Translations under genes and position numbers: made by a program
Origin: Octopus bimaculoides
Lineage: Eukaryota
Length of the DNA stretch: 62,020 nucleotides
Direction of reading: 5' to 3'
Assembly (NCBI RefSeq): GCF_001194135.2
Contig: NC_068981.1
Location: forward strand, 152,471,879 to 152,533,898
The notes under the pieces: model-generated
Databases searched by the model: none
What the model was told of the DNA's origin: nothing
What the model saw: only the letters and a program-made list of their open reading frames with translations
Part shown: positions 26,128-40,900 of the stretch, one piece after another
How the letters are laid out: every line of letters begins with the position of its first letter
How positions within the stretch are numbered: position 1 is the stretch's first letter

Positions 26128-26160
26128 ATGCCGACATCAGCATTAAAAGATATATATTTT
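26128..26160 (+). CDS. XAB2: SYF1 exon 1 ([11 protein letters not shown])
   Basis: ATG at 26128, 11 codons, strong GTAAGT donor at 26161, phase 0. KDIYF|EEDDLP parallels human PDLVF|EEEDLP. Confidence 0.85.
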
Positions 26161-28615
26161 GTAAGTATATATAATTAAATTAACATTATTCAGTATTTAT
26201 CTAATCTTGAATACATTAATTTTAAAAACTTTTATTTCTTTTATAATAATTTGCCGAAGATTTTACTCGACTTCTATTTCTTCTCTATTTCCCAATATTG
26301 TGTATTGAACTTTCTAAATTAAATGTAACATAATAACTTTATTTATTTCATTGCAATAATGTTATTATAAAATTCCCTGTCATTTATCCATGTGAACATA
26401 TTTACGTGTCTTTCAATTTACACTCCATTCCGTCTTACCATATGAATAATCTCCCTTTTGTTTTGAAACATTTCTTAACTACTTTTACAATTTTTTTCAT
26501 TAAAAACCATACAAATGTTCCTCTTCCGTTTAATAAAAAAAAATTCAAGAGCAACTGTATTTGGTATATAACTTATTTACATAGGATGCTCGTAGTTTCT
26601 TTTATTTTGCTTATAATAAACAAGACTGCAATAGTTATGAGAAAACCGGGTTAGATCCACAGTATTACTCCAGTGCGTCAAGTTTCTGAAGTCAAATCCC
26701 ACTTGGATCGCTTAATTTTTCAGTTTTGCACTTGTTACAGAAACTATTCCACAGATTTCTAACAACTTGTTTTTCTACCTCGAATGATTAAGCTGAATTG
26801 AAAATATAACTCAATCTAGTAAAAATGTCAAAGTTCAAACATGTGCCCGACTCTCCAGGAACAATAAAATATTGGAAATGTTTCGTGTATTTTCTTTAGT
26901 TTGGGTTTAAAGGAGTGAGTAGATAGGGAAATTTCGGCACTATCATGCTATTAGCTGTCAGAAGTGAAAGTGCTCACTGCTAGTGAAGTATCTGTCTGTC
27001 TGCCTGTATGCCTGTCGATTCTTTGGCTACTGACAGCTAATCAGATCACATCTCACAGTCGTTCCTTCTTCCACAAAGGTGATCAAAGGGATTCCAGTCG
27101 TGACCATCCCGTTTTTAAGGGTATGTAAGACTACATTATGGAATGTATTCTCTTACATTCCATAATGTAGTCTTATATACCCTTAAAAGCTGGATGGTCA
27201 CGACTGGAATCCCTTTGATCATAGGTTTGCTAAATCAGATCTGACCTCAGTCTAAGCAAGAACATTGATTACAGTTTAAAAAAATGTATTTGATGAATCT
27301 ATACATCGATTTCTAAGGGGAAAAACCCTTGTTGTAATAAGGAATAATTGACTATACTCTGTTTTTTATTTATTTTATAGCTTTGCTAACTACTTTAAAT
27401 TAATCTATCTTTAAAAAAGTATAAAATGAAGTTATTGATGTAACATGTATATTATAAATAGATTAACATTTAAATGATCTAATATCAAGATTGCATATTA
27501 TAATTTCTCCTATCACTCCTCACATTTTATAAAGTTTTTTGCTAAGGTGCTAATAACGCTATTTTGTGTCCAAATACTCAGTTTTAACAAACCCGGATTG
27601 ATTCTGCAATAATTTCACCCATCAAATGTTGCTATTAAATAGAGGCTACTGCCTGTACCAGTTATTTTAAACTTCCGTGATCATTTCTATTCTAAACAGG
27701 GAGGTTTGCATTTAAGAAAAAAGTTATTTTTTGTTTCTTTACACAGTTGCAATACTTTATAACCTGTTCAAAAGATTATAAAGCTTTTACTTTTGAGTAA
27801 ATAAAAATGCATTATATTACTGTTTGATTTATAATTAAAAACAGCTTCGTTAATTGACATATACTCACAAATGAATCTCTAGACCACAGATGTACCTTTT
27901 CTTCACTCCCACCTTTTTTCTGCTAAATGCTACTACAGAGATCTCTGCTCCTTAGAACTCCCTGGTCAAGTGCTCAGGCACTTGAGACTCACTCTTCTCT
28001 CATCCTCTTGTCACCCATATTGTGTCCACACCTCCAGGTCCTGCACTAGCCACTATGCCTAACTCCTTGCTCCCTAAGATATCATCCCTCTGGAATTCCC
28101 TTCCTGAACATGTTTCTCCTGTATGCTTCAGTTTGCATCTAATCATGAGGGGCATTTAGCCCAACCATCTCACAATCCTTTCCTCTAAATCAAACCAAAA
28201 AGAAAAAAATTATCTGCCACAATAAGGTCTTGTTGACATGGAACAGCTTGCCTCAAATGTAAATAAGTTACCATTTTTGATTCTGAAAGAACTAAAATTA
28301 GCTGCAGTAATCCACATCTCATTTTACTTAGGTTAAACCATAAAAATTAGATTAGATATCTCTTTAGAATTTCTTTAAGATAACAAAATATGTAAAAGCT
28401 GTCTGTTGAAGAGTGAAGTTAGTTTATCTTACAAATATGTGATACTACACTTGAGATATCCAATTTCATTCACCTGTGAATGTAGTCCACCAACTGCTTG
28501 CATCACTGAAAGAAAAGTCACTAAATCGTTATGTAGATAATTCTAATTTGAACATTTTATTCAAATATTGGAATAGGATATTATTTTAACTTCATATTCT
28601 TTCTAATACTAACCA

Positions 28616-28647
<32 letters not shown>

Positions 28648-31600
28648 TATACACACACATGCCACAATAGATAGGTGTAATCATTTATATTTTTACCAAC
28701 CATCATTATACTGTATGTCTGTCTTTTACATTTCCAGGAAGAAGATGATCTTCCTTATGAGGAGGATATCCTTCGAAACCCCTACTCTGTCAAATGTTGG
28801 CTTCGTTATATTGAACACAAGAAAGAAGCTCCAAAAAATGTTATAAACATGATATACGAAAGGGCCATTAAAGAAATGCCTGGAAGGTAATGGTATAATT
28901 TGGAAATATGTCTTTATTATTCTTGTTTGATTATTTAGTTTGGCTGATGAGAGCAGTGTAGTAGATGTTCATATTCAGCTTCTGAGGCTGAGGTCATTAT
29001 GTAAAATGTTAGCAAGAAAAGATTTCAGATGGTTGTGTACTTGGTAGAATGATTTGATCAAAGTGTTTAGTGTGAGATGATTTTTAGGGTAAGACAGAAT
29101 AGGAATGAAGGGGAGAGATGAAGATGATAATGAAGTTTAGTCCCAGTTTAACTCTCACACAGTAAATCTGGTTACAAATGTTCTAACCCAACCACCTTAT
29201 CTTTTTTGGAGTAAGTAGGGCCACATATTTAACGTTTTAGTGCTTATTTGATGCAGTAGGTGTCATCTGAAGGAAGTTGGTTTCTATTTCTAGGCAATTG
29301 AACAATCATATAGAAGTTTTCTTGACTCAGAGAGGCAGGTGAATTGGGTGGGAGTGGTATACAGCTTACCATATATACTCATATATAAATCACACTCGTT
29401 TTGTCTTATAATATCTGGTTTCAGCATTTGACCCATGTATAAGCTTCCAGCTATTTTCTATAAGTACTGTTTGTGACATTGCTTAAATTTATCAACTTCA
29501 TTTAACATCCGTTGTCCATCCTACCATGGGTTGGACAGTTTGACCAGGGCTGGCAAACTGAAAGGCTGCTCCAGACTCCAGTCTGATTTGGCATGGTTTC
29601 TACAGCTGGATCCCCTTCCTAATGCCAACCACTCCGATAGTGTAATGGGTGCCATTTGCATGACACCAGTATCTGCCACGACTGCGGTTTTACTTGGCTT
29701 GATGGGTCTTCGTCTCAAGCACAACATAATGCCAAAGGTCTTGGTCATTCATCATTGCCTTCATGAGGCCCACCACTCGAAAGGAGCTTTTCACATGCCA
29801 CCAGCATCAGCCACTTTACCTCTGTGAGGCCCAACACTTGAAAGATGTTCTTTTATATGTCACTAGCACAGGTGCCAGCTATGTGACACGAGCATCAGCC
29901 ACGACTATGATTTCACTTGGCTTGACAGGTCTTCTCAAGCATAGCATATCGCCAAAGGTCTCAGTCACTGGTCATTGCCTCTGTGAGGCCCAAAGTTCAA
30001 AGATCATGCTTAACCACCTTGTCTTTTACTTGTTTCAGTCATTTGACTGTGGCCATGCTGGAGCACCACCTTTAAAACCTTTCAAATATATTATATTGAA
30101 ATTACCCCATTTTTCAAAAGCTTTTGACATCATTTCACTTGGAATACTTTCTAATGTTTCTTTTACGCCTTGTACAGCAATATCTCTGCCTACTTTTACT
30201 GACCTAATGCTAAACCATTTCTTTTCATGAATCTCATACACCACCCAATTGAAGCATGGAACTTTTGGAGTAATATATTTACTTGGATAGTTGTAATGCC
30301 TGGTCATGAGGAAATATTACCTTACTTGGAAACTGGTGAGGGTTGGTGACAAGAAGGGCATCCAGCTGTAGGAAGTCCACCTCAACAAAATTCTGTCCCA
30401 TGCTTGCATGGGTCTGATACTAAAATGATCATGAAGATAGACATATAGTCACTATGATTAATGATCACAGAATATGAGGACCAAAAAGTTTAGTTGTGTA
30501 GCAAGTTTGAAAGGTTTAGTTGTATTCATGTGTAATAGTGCTAAACTATTTCCTTATTGTTTATAGTTATTGTACAAACTCAAAATGGTGAATTTATTAA
30601 AGGATATTCATTGTTGGAAATTCAATTAAAATCTATTATAAATTTTGAATACTTAAAGTAATTCTAAAATTCTTTTGTTTTTCTCTTTTAGTTATAAATT
30701 ATGGTATAATTACTTAAAGCTTCGATGCAGGCAAATCCGTGGTCGCTGTATCAGTGACCCTGCTCATGATGACGTGGCTAATGCATATGAAAGATCTTTG
30801 GTCTTCATGCATAAGGTATATGTTATTTGGTTTCTTTTGAATTTTACAGTTTTCCTCCTGTCTATGGCATTCTTCATTCATAATTATTCTTCAGAATGCT
30901 TAATATATTTTTCAAAGCAGTGAGCATTTTCCTTTTGATTTACTTTAAATGATATTTTAATACTTTAATTATACTTTAATGAATTTGTCACTAATAATGC
31001 ATTCATTTTGCGCAAATTAAATTATAAATTCTGTACTCCAACATATATATCAATAACTCTGCATGAAAACTGATACAGAAGGGAACTACTTTAGTCTAGC
31101 TTCAGGAAACTTCGCTAGTCCCAGTGGCATGATAATATGCATCTAGCCAATACTGTGAGACAAATACAAAAACAAAGTTGATTGATTTTCACTGTGTGCT
31201 AGTTAATGTGAACCATAACAAGATGCTGAAACCAGTCCAACCTCTGCCAGCATGGAAAAATAGACAAAGTGTTGTTGATGTTGATGATAATCATTTAATT
31301 TGCATTTGGTATAATCATATTGGCCATGTGAGAAGAACAGCAGGGACTATCCTATAGATGCAACACAAAGGACTTAGCTACTCTTAACTGTAAAGTAGAC
31401 CAGTTAAGTGACTTAATCATCATCATTTAATGTTCAGCTTCCATGCTAGTGTGGATTAAACAGTTTGACAGGATCCAAAATGTCAGAGGACTTCATATAG
31501 TTCCAATGTTTGTTTTGGCATAGTTTCTTTAACCGGATGCCCTTCCTAATGCCAACCACTTTACCGTGTGTACTGGCTGCTTTTTCATGACACTGGCACT

Positions 31601-31926
31601 AGTGAGGTTGCCAAATAACTCACAAGATAATAAAGAAAAGCCCCTTGACTGAGTTGGGTTGTAGTAAAAAGGAAGGTGACATGCCAGATGTTAAGAAGCT
31701 AAAGTATGACCAAAAGACAAAGACAGATGTCTTCATATTGAGGAAATATGTGGTTTCCCACACATTATATAAGGGTGAGTTGTTGGAAATAGGTGGTTTC
31801 CCACACATTATATAAGGGTGAGTTGTTGGAAAGAAGACAATGATGGTGGTGATGAGGTACATTTCATAAGTGTCTAACATAGTGACTCAGGCAGTGTGAG
31901 TGAAAAATTGAGTTTCCCCCCTCTTG

Positions 31927-31960
<34 letters not shown>

Positions 31961-34900
31961 TCTTGCAAGTACTTGGTGACACTGTCAGTGCAGGTGCCAC
32001 TTTAAAGCACCCGGTTCACATTGCAAAGTGGTTAGTGTTAGGAAGAGCATCCAGCCATAAAACTCCTGCCAAAACAGTCTGGCAGCAGCAGTGAAGAAGA
32101 AGAAGAACTGTGTGAAAACTTGTTGGATGGATTGCACCTCTCTTTCAAAGATTCAGCTTGTTACTTTTTATCACAGTATTTCACCAGATAATTATGTTAA
32201 AACTGCATTACTATCTGTGAAATGCTCAGCCACTTACATACTAATTTAATGACCATCCTGTTTTATTTTGGTGGGTAATGTTCCTTCTACTACATTAGCC
32301 AATATTTCCTTTTTCCTTTCAGCTGGTAAAGTGTGGCTTGAGGGATATTTAGTTGCAATTTTTTTATGTTAAGTGACCATGTATTGACTGTTGGTTTTTA
32401 CTTGCTATGAATCCTCATTGAGTGCTACTATACTCTCGTATAATATTATAAACCAAATCAAAACTAATGATTTTTATATTCTTTTCACAGATGCCTCGTA
32501 TTTGGCTTGACTATTGCCAACTTCTTATGGACCAATGTAAAATCACCTCCACTAGATATACATTTGATCGAGCTTTGCGTGCTCTCCCAATCACTCAACA
32601 CCATAGGATATGGCCTCTATATTTACAGCTGGTAACTATGTATCCCTTACCAGAAACAGCTGTCAGGGTCTATCGACGATATTTGAAGGTAATTTGAGGT
32701 CTAAAGTCTTTATATATATAAATATATTTTTTTATTTTCATAAAAACTAAGGTATGAAAATATTTTTCTTCCTTTTTTTTTTTTCCTTTGATTGATATAT
32801 GCTTTTTTTTTCATAAAGACTGACAAGAGTCAGTTATTGATATTGTAAGCATTTGTTATTAGGATAAACACATACTCCTCATTTGTATGTTTGTGAATAT
32901 AGGTATCTTATACATAAAAATGCTTGTGAAAAATTCCCTAAGTTTATAAAGATAGTTATACTGTAAAGTATCAAACTCTTAACTCAAAGTTTAATCTAGC
33001 CTACAAATTCCTTTTCTTTAAAATCAATTAATATTCTTCATTTATCATACTTTTAATTTAACAAGTAGGCAGTTCAGTTGCTCATTGTCCAAACTATTGT
33101 AGGATCCTTCATTGTAGCTTTATCAAAATGCAACATCTTTTACCATATACAGTTTTAGTTTAGATTCTTTACCAGAAATATACAGAAAATGATATTGAAA
33201 AAATGTTTACATCAATCTTCTTTTACCAAAATGATTGTAATAATTCTTTTGAAAAGTTTTCATTTAATTGTATGTATAATCATCTCTCTCTCTCTCTCTC
33301 TCATCTTATACTTATTTCATTGCAATATAATCATGTAAATAATCTTCACTGATTCTAATATTACTGGTTATTTTATGCATTTTTTTATAGCTTAAGAAAG
33401 AAGATACTGAACAATATATTGATTACCTAATATCTATTGATTGGCTTGATGAAGCGGCACAACGTCTAGCAACTATTATAAATGATGAACAGTTTGTCTC
33501 AAAAAAAGGAAAATCTAAACATCAAGTAAGTTATTCCACTGATGGACTTCAAGCATTTAAATCATATCAAATAGTTTATGGTGTGTGTGAAAGATAGCTG
33601 TTCATCACTATGCTGTTATCAGTTTGGCATTCGGCTTCCTGATTTTGAAGGGCTTGCAATATAGCAACCTTATATACATCTTCTAACATTAATAGAACCA
33701 ATGCAGTACTTGTATATAGAAAAATAGGATGAGTGTATATCTGAGGCTATGAAGAGAATTAGATTAACCAGCATGCAGTCAGTATTTCATTAACTAAAGA
33801 ATATCATTAGTCAATATAGTATCTTATTATTAAGAGATTTTGAAAATTAAATTAAATGTTCATTGGTATAAGAACAGTAATGAATTTATATATTTTTTCC
33901 TACATTACCAACAGATTATAAATCTCATGTAATCCTCTTTTAGTTGACATAGTTAATAGAATAGTTCTACCAATAAAAATATAATAATTCTACCAGTTAC
34001 ACAGCATGTGATTTGTGAGTACAGATTAAAGTAGGACAGAGTTCAGACAAGAATATAACAGATCTTAATGTATACACCTGTCATTGCAAAGTGTTTTTAA
34101 ACATACATATATATTTTCATGATTTACAACAACAGTTGTCTATTGTATGTAGAAAATGTTAGAGAGATAATTGACAGGAGTAAAGACAGGTGTAAATAAT
34201 GTATGCTTTTAAACTAGTAAAAGTTATTCTGTCGAGGCCATGACAAAACATTAACAACTGGCTAAATGAGAGAGGGAGAAACGAAACAGCTTACCCATAG
34301 CTGCCAGTGATGGCAGAGAAAAAGAAATTGCATGTTTTCTTTATGTAGCCAGAAAATGGCTCACAGACTACTACTCTTTGATTGACTAAAATAACAAACA
34401 GAACTAAGATGAAACTAAAATCTGCATAAGATTATTAAGAGGTTAAGGAAAACATGTAATGTAAAAAAAGCAATTGTAATATAACAAAAATATATCATTT
34501 TTATTTAAATTGTGCAAGATGTATTTTCATTTGAAATCTCATCATTTTTTTGTTTTCTTATAATTATAGAATAAATGAAATAGCTTTCCTTCAGCTGTCT
34601 TTTTCTTCTGTTGCTAAAAATAACTGAAAAAAAAACTATTTGTCTTTTGTTTGGTATGTAAAGGTTTATGTATGCTTTATTATTCAATTACCTTTGTATT
34701 TCAGTTATGGAATGAGTTGTGTGACCTAATTGCAAAACATCCTGACAAAGTAACTTCTCTAAAAATTGAACCAATTATTCGACAAGGTCTCAAATTGTAT
34801 TCTGATCAAATTGGAGTCCTTTGGAATTCAATGGCTGATTATTACATTCGAGGTGGACATTTTGAAAGAGTAAGCAGAAATATATTTTAACTCCTATCAA

Positions 34901-37900
34901 CAATTTCTTTTCTTTAATAACAGATATTGTTTTTTCTTTAAATGTCAAAGGGGATCCTTAGAAGTAGTAGATAATTTCTGTTACATAGACAACCAAATTA
35001 GCAGTGAAGGAAAATGCTCTAATAGCATACAGCTGGGCAAAGTTGAGAGAGCTATTTTCTCAAACTGAAAGACAGATTGTATGAATCTATGCTACATAGA
35101 GGCAAAATGTGAGCTGTGGATGCAGTTCATGCAAAGGTTTGATACATATGAAGCCAGCATGCTCTGCTGGATGTGCAATGTCAGTGTGCATGTACTACAA
35201 AGTGTTAATGTGTTGAGATAAAAATTGTTTATAAGAGGTATCAGATGTAATGTGTGGGAGAGAAGACTGTGCTGGTATGGTCATATGATGCATATGGATG
35301 AAGGCAGCTGCATAACGAAGTGCCAAACTCTAAATGTGTAGGGAACCTGTGAAAGAGGACCTAAGATCATGTGGCATGAAGTGGTGAAAAATGCTTTTCA
35401 GTTGTTAAACTTCACAGAGGAGATGACAAAGGACCAAGTTGATTGGCAATTTGCTGTGCTTGAGAAGACTCATCCAGCCAAGTAAAATTGAGGCCATAAA
35501 GGCACATCTTTTATGTCCATGTCCCTGTCAGACCACTCCCCCTCAACCCATCATCCTAACACCTCCCCCTCCTTCCACTTGTGTTCTCCTCTTGCTGTAA
35601 TTCCCTCCCTTCTATCTCACACTTTCCCTCACACACTCATGTCCTTGTTGAATCTCATCCTCAACATATCCTCCTAACACCACCTCCCTCTCCCTGTATC
35701 CACTTGCTACATTCTCTTTCCCACCTCTCCATCTCCTGCTTTCTTTTCACAATCTCAAACTCACCCACTCACTCACTCTATCCAACCTTTAATTCCACTT
35801 CGCTTACATACAGTTGCTAGTTACTTGAGTGTACTATCCCCATCACATCTTCCATCATCTCTCTCTCTCTCTCTCTCTCTCTCCCTCTCTCCCTCCCTCC
35901 CTCCCCCCCTCTCCCCGATGTTTCTTCTCTGCTGCAAAACTCCTGTTTCTGTCCCTGTATTCATACTCTAACCTCTCCTCACCTAGCACGAAGCACCTCT
36001 CTCAATACACCCAACTCATTTAAGGAGTCTTGTCCTGTCTCCAAGTTATCTGGTAACCTCACTGCTGCTAGTGCCATGTAAAAAGAATCCAGTATACCTT
36101 GTAAAGTGGTTGGTGTTACAAAGGTCATCCAGTAGTAGAGACCATGCCAAAAGCAGATAGTAGAGCTTAGATAGTTAAAATTTAAAAAACTATGATAGTT
36201 ATGGATGTTTAGTTAGCTAGGAAATATTCACCAACCTGTTCTTTTCATGAAAAATACTTTGAAATATTGTATTTCTACTTATTTGTTTATTTAGTTTTAA
36301 AGTAAAATATATCATTATCATCATTGTTTAACGTCCGCTTTCCATGCTGGTATGGGTTAGACAGTTTTACAGGAACTGGTAAATAGGAGAGTTGTGCCAG
36401 GGCCCTTCCTGATACCAACCACTCCAATAGTGTAATGGGTGCTTTTTACATGTCACCAGTGTGCCATTTACATGACACCAGTAACAGCCATGACTATGAT
36501 TTTCGGTGTCATGTAAAAAGCACCCGTTACACTCTTGGAGTGGTTGGCATTTGAAGGCATTCAGCCATAGAAACCATGCCAAATCAGACTAGAACCCAGT
36601 GCAGCTCGCCAATATATAATTGTCGTAATTAGCTTATCATTTTTTTGTTCTGTTATATTTTAATCTGACATTTCTATAATGCTGCATTTTAAATTTCTCT
36701 TCTAACATTTACAAGTGGAAGATCTTTTTATGTTATTTACTTAAAAATAAATTCTTTATATCAGGCTCGTGATATCTATGAAGAAGCTATTCAGACAGTC
36801 GTAACAGTCAGGGATTTTACCCAGGTATTTGATGCATATGCTCAGTTTGAGAAAAATATGGTTAGTGCAAAAATGGAAGCCATGTCTGATTCAGGAACAT
36901 CTCAAGAAGGTAACATTGTGTTTATTTATTTATTCAACAACTCATTTATCAACTGAACTGTTATTCCTCTTAATATTTTTAGGACTTGTATAAGGTAGCA
37001 AGCTGGCAGAATCATTAGTACGCCAGGCAAAATGCTTAGAAGCATTTCATCTGTCTTTATATTCTGAGTTCAAATGCTGCCAGGGTTGACTTTGTCTTTC
37101 ATCCTTTTGGGGTCAATAAAATAAATACCAGTTGAACACTGGGGTTGATGTAATTGACTTACTCCTTCCCCTGAAACTGGTGGTTTTGTGTCAAAATTTG
37201 AAACCAATATTTTTAAGGCTTGTGAATATTATAATGCTTTTTTTGTGGAGGAGTTTTGTATTTAGAGATTTATTATCTAAACCAGTGGTTCCCAACCCTT
37301 TAATTTAAATGAGTTTTCCCACGGGCCCCTTTTAATATGCTTGTCCTTATGTATATATATATATGAAATTTTGAATTTAGTTCACAGACTCCCAGTACTA
37401 CCTTTATGGACCCCAGTTTGAGAACTACTGATCTAAACTTTATAAACAGTCTATACAGTGTTGATAACCAACTATTAAAGAAATTACTATAATAACTGTG
37501 AGAATACAAATCCAACATGAAAGTTTCTTAGCTCTCTTAGTAAGAAATTAGAGTTGTGAAAATACTTTTGTTCTCAACAGAAACATGTATTTCCACTGCT
37601 TTATTGGCATTTACTGTAGTAACAGCACCCAGCTTTTCTCATCTTTGCTTACAAAACTAAGTGGGATATCTGAAATGAACATGTCTTCTTTAAAACATGC
37701 CTTTTTTAAAATATTTTTTGAAAAGCTTCTAAATTTGTTTGTTATCAGAGATTAATTTTCTGTATCTAAATGGGAACATTTCAAAATAGAATCATTAATG
37801 CATTTTAGAAGAAGTCACCTATGTTTCAAATGTTAACTTGAGCGCACTAAATGCTGGTAGTGTGGAAGCTCCAATTAAGAATCATACTCTGTCAGTGACT

Positions 37901-40900
37901 CAATATATCAATTATATAGGGTCCAAATATCTGTGATTCACTTTTGGATTTCCAATCTTTATGTTGAAATGCAAAACATATATGCTTAAAAGAAATATTC
38001 AACAATTTTCAATAAGTTAACATAATTCTGCATATTGTTCTATTTTAATGGAGAGATTATGATTTTAGCTCTGTGATATTTAACATTTTTGTGAGCATAT
38101 TTCTATTGATATACATATATACTGCCTTTGTTTCAATTAATCTTTAAAATGATGAAGAATTTAGTAAAATAACCTTGTCATTATTAAGCTGGTGTCTGGA
38201 ACATAAATTGGCATAGAATTTTGATGGAAGATTATTACTTAGGTTGCTTTAAAACAATAAGTTTGTGTCATAGAACCAGGAATGGTCTCAGGCAACAAGG
38301 TATAAAAAGGGTTTAGATGATCTCTTCAAAATATTCTGACAATTTATGTATCAGTCTAGCATTCTCTCCTTTTATCTAATTATCAGATGATCTTGATGTT
38401 GAATTACGATTAGCAAGGCTGGAACATTTGATGGATAGGCGTCCTCGTCTCTTGAACAGGTAATGATCATAACCATCTTTATTTCTCTTTTTACTCCTTT
38501 ACAACACTATAAAATACAGCAGCTTAATTACATGTTTTGAACTTAAATTAACATCATAATGGAAGCATTAGGAAAAAATATGTTCCTTTTGAATTAGAAA
38601 ATGTCTATTTATATTATACATCATCATCATCATCATTTAACGTCCGCTTTCCATGCTAGCATGGGTTGGACGATTTGACTGAGGACTGGTGAACCAGGTG
38701 GTTACACCAGGCTCCAATCTGATTTGGCAGAGTTTCTACAGCTGGATGCCCTTCCTAACACCAACCACTCCGAGAGTGTAGTGGGTGCTTTTACATACCC
38801 ACTATAATACAAAAACTACTATGGTATTATAAATAAAAAATATGCTTTAACATCTCTGCAAACTTAATATCAAAATTCTCTGAACTGCTTTGGTAAAATG
38901 GATCAGATGAATGCACTCTTCCAAATGTTTGCTTAGTGCCTGTTTAATAGTAATGTTTTCCAGTTATAGGTAGACAATTTTCTCATGGTTCATTGTAATG
39001 AAATTTGGATTTGCGACCTTTAAATCGAGCAAATCTAGTAGTTGTCATTTATCGATAATAGAATTTAGTGACAGATTACATAACTCACCTAGCAGAAATA
39101 AATATATTACATTAAAAAAATAAACTGAAAGTTAGATACCTGCCATTGCTAAAAAAATAAAGATATTAATTTTATTCGTTGATTATAGAATGTATATTTT
39201 AAGGATATTAAAATCTGATAAGCCTAAAATCAAGCAAAAATATCAAATATTTGGAAATAGAGATAATAATGCCAATTAAAATGCTTTTAATATCATAAAT
39301 TTATAATGTTTGATAAAGAGAAAAGAAAAAGTGATCATATATCTATTGAGTCTTATTAAATACTTTATATTTTTAGTGTGTTACTACGTCAGAATCCACA
39401 TAATGTCCATGAATGGCACAAAAGAGTAAAACTATTTGAAGGAAAACCTCGAGAGGTATTTTTTTTTTTTTTTTTTGAAATTTATGTATTCAATATTATA
39501 GTAACCTTTCAATATTCATATTATATACAAAGAATAAGCCCGGGGGTTGATTTCTTCAACTAAAAGTTGGTACTCCATCATAGCCACACTCAAATGACTG
39601 AAACAAGTAACAGTAAAATTGTAATAGATATATAGATATAGATATATATATACGTGGATATCCCCTTACCACACTGCCCTTGTCAGAGCACATTCCGTGG
39701 ACCATGCATCTGCTCTCTCCCCCTGCATCCGCCATCACCTGTCTCCCGTTTCCCCTCACCTACTACCTCTCCACCCTATCTCTCCAATGCACCATTCTCC
39801 GAGACTTCTGGCAACTCCAGTCCGTCCCCTCCACTTCGCACATCTTCCCTAACCCAACCTCCCAACCCAGCTCGTTCCCCTCCTCCCACCCACGCTGTCG
39901 CACTTGCCCTTACCTCTCCAACACCACCATCCTCACAGGCACCCATCATCAACCCTTTCATATCACNNNNNNNNNNNNNNNNNNNNNNNNNNNNNNNNNN
40001 NNNNNNNNNNNNNNNNNNNNNNNNNNNNNNNNNNNNNNNNNNNNNNNNNNNNNNNNNNNNNNNNNNNNNNNNNNNNNNNNNNNNNNNNNNNNNNNNNNNN
40101 NNNNNNNNNNNNNNNNNNNNNNNNNNNNNNNNNNNNNNNNNNNNNNNNNNNNNNNNNNNNNNNNNNNNNNNNNNNNNNNNNNNNNNNNNNNNNNNNNNNN
40201 NNNNNNNNNNNNNNNNNNNNNNNNNNNNNNNNNNNNNNNNNNNNNNNNNNNNNNNNNNNNNNNNNNNNNNNNNNNNNNNNNNNNNNNNNNNNNNNNNNNN
40301 NNNNNNNNNNNNNNNNNNNNNNNNNNNNNNNNNNNNNNNNNNNNNNNNNNNNNNNNNNNNNNNNNNNNNNNNNNNNNNNNNATTCCTATATGCCCCACTC
40401 CTACCCTCACCCCCAACCCACACCCCACCCTCGCCTCCCCACACCACACTGCACACCACCACACCACCATACCGCACCACATCATACCACCCCGCACACA
40501 CTAGCACTGACCACTTCCCAGCACCCACACCATCATCCACATGCACACGTCAAGGTCACCAGCCCCTATCCATACACACATATATGCTTTCACATACACA
40601 CACTGAATAAGTCTACCACACTGTTTCCATTTACACAATTTCAATTTTATTTTAATAAATTGACACTAAGTATAATGAGAAAAAAAAGTAGCAAGAAATA
40701 TATAGTTTTCTTCTTGAGTATTTCTTAAATTCTCATATGATTATCTTTTATTGGCAGGTTATCAATACTTATACAGAAGCTGTCCAAACTGTGGACCCAA
40801 AACTAGCCACTGGAAAATTATACACTCTTTGGGTGGAATTTGCTAAATTTTATGAAAATGCTCAGCAAATTGATGATGTAAGTATCTCTTTCTCGTGTCT

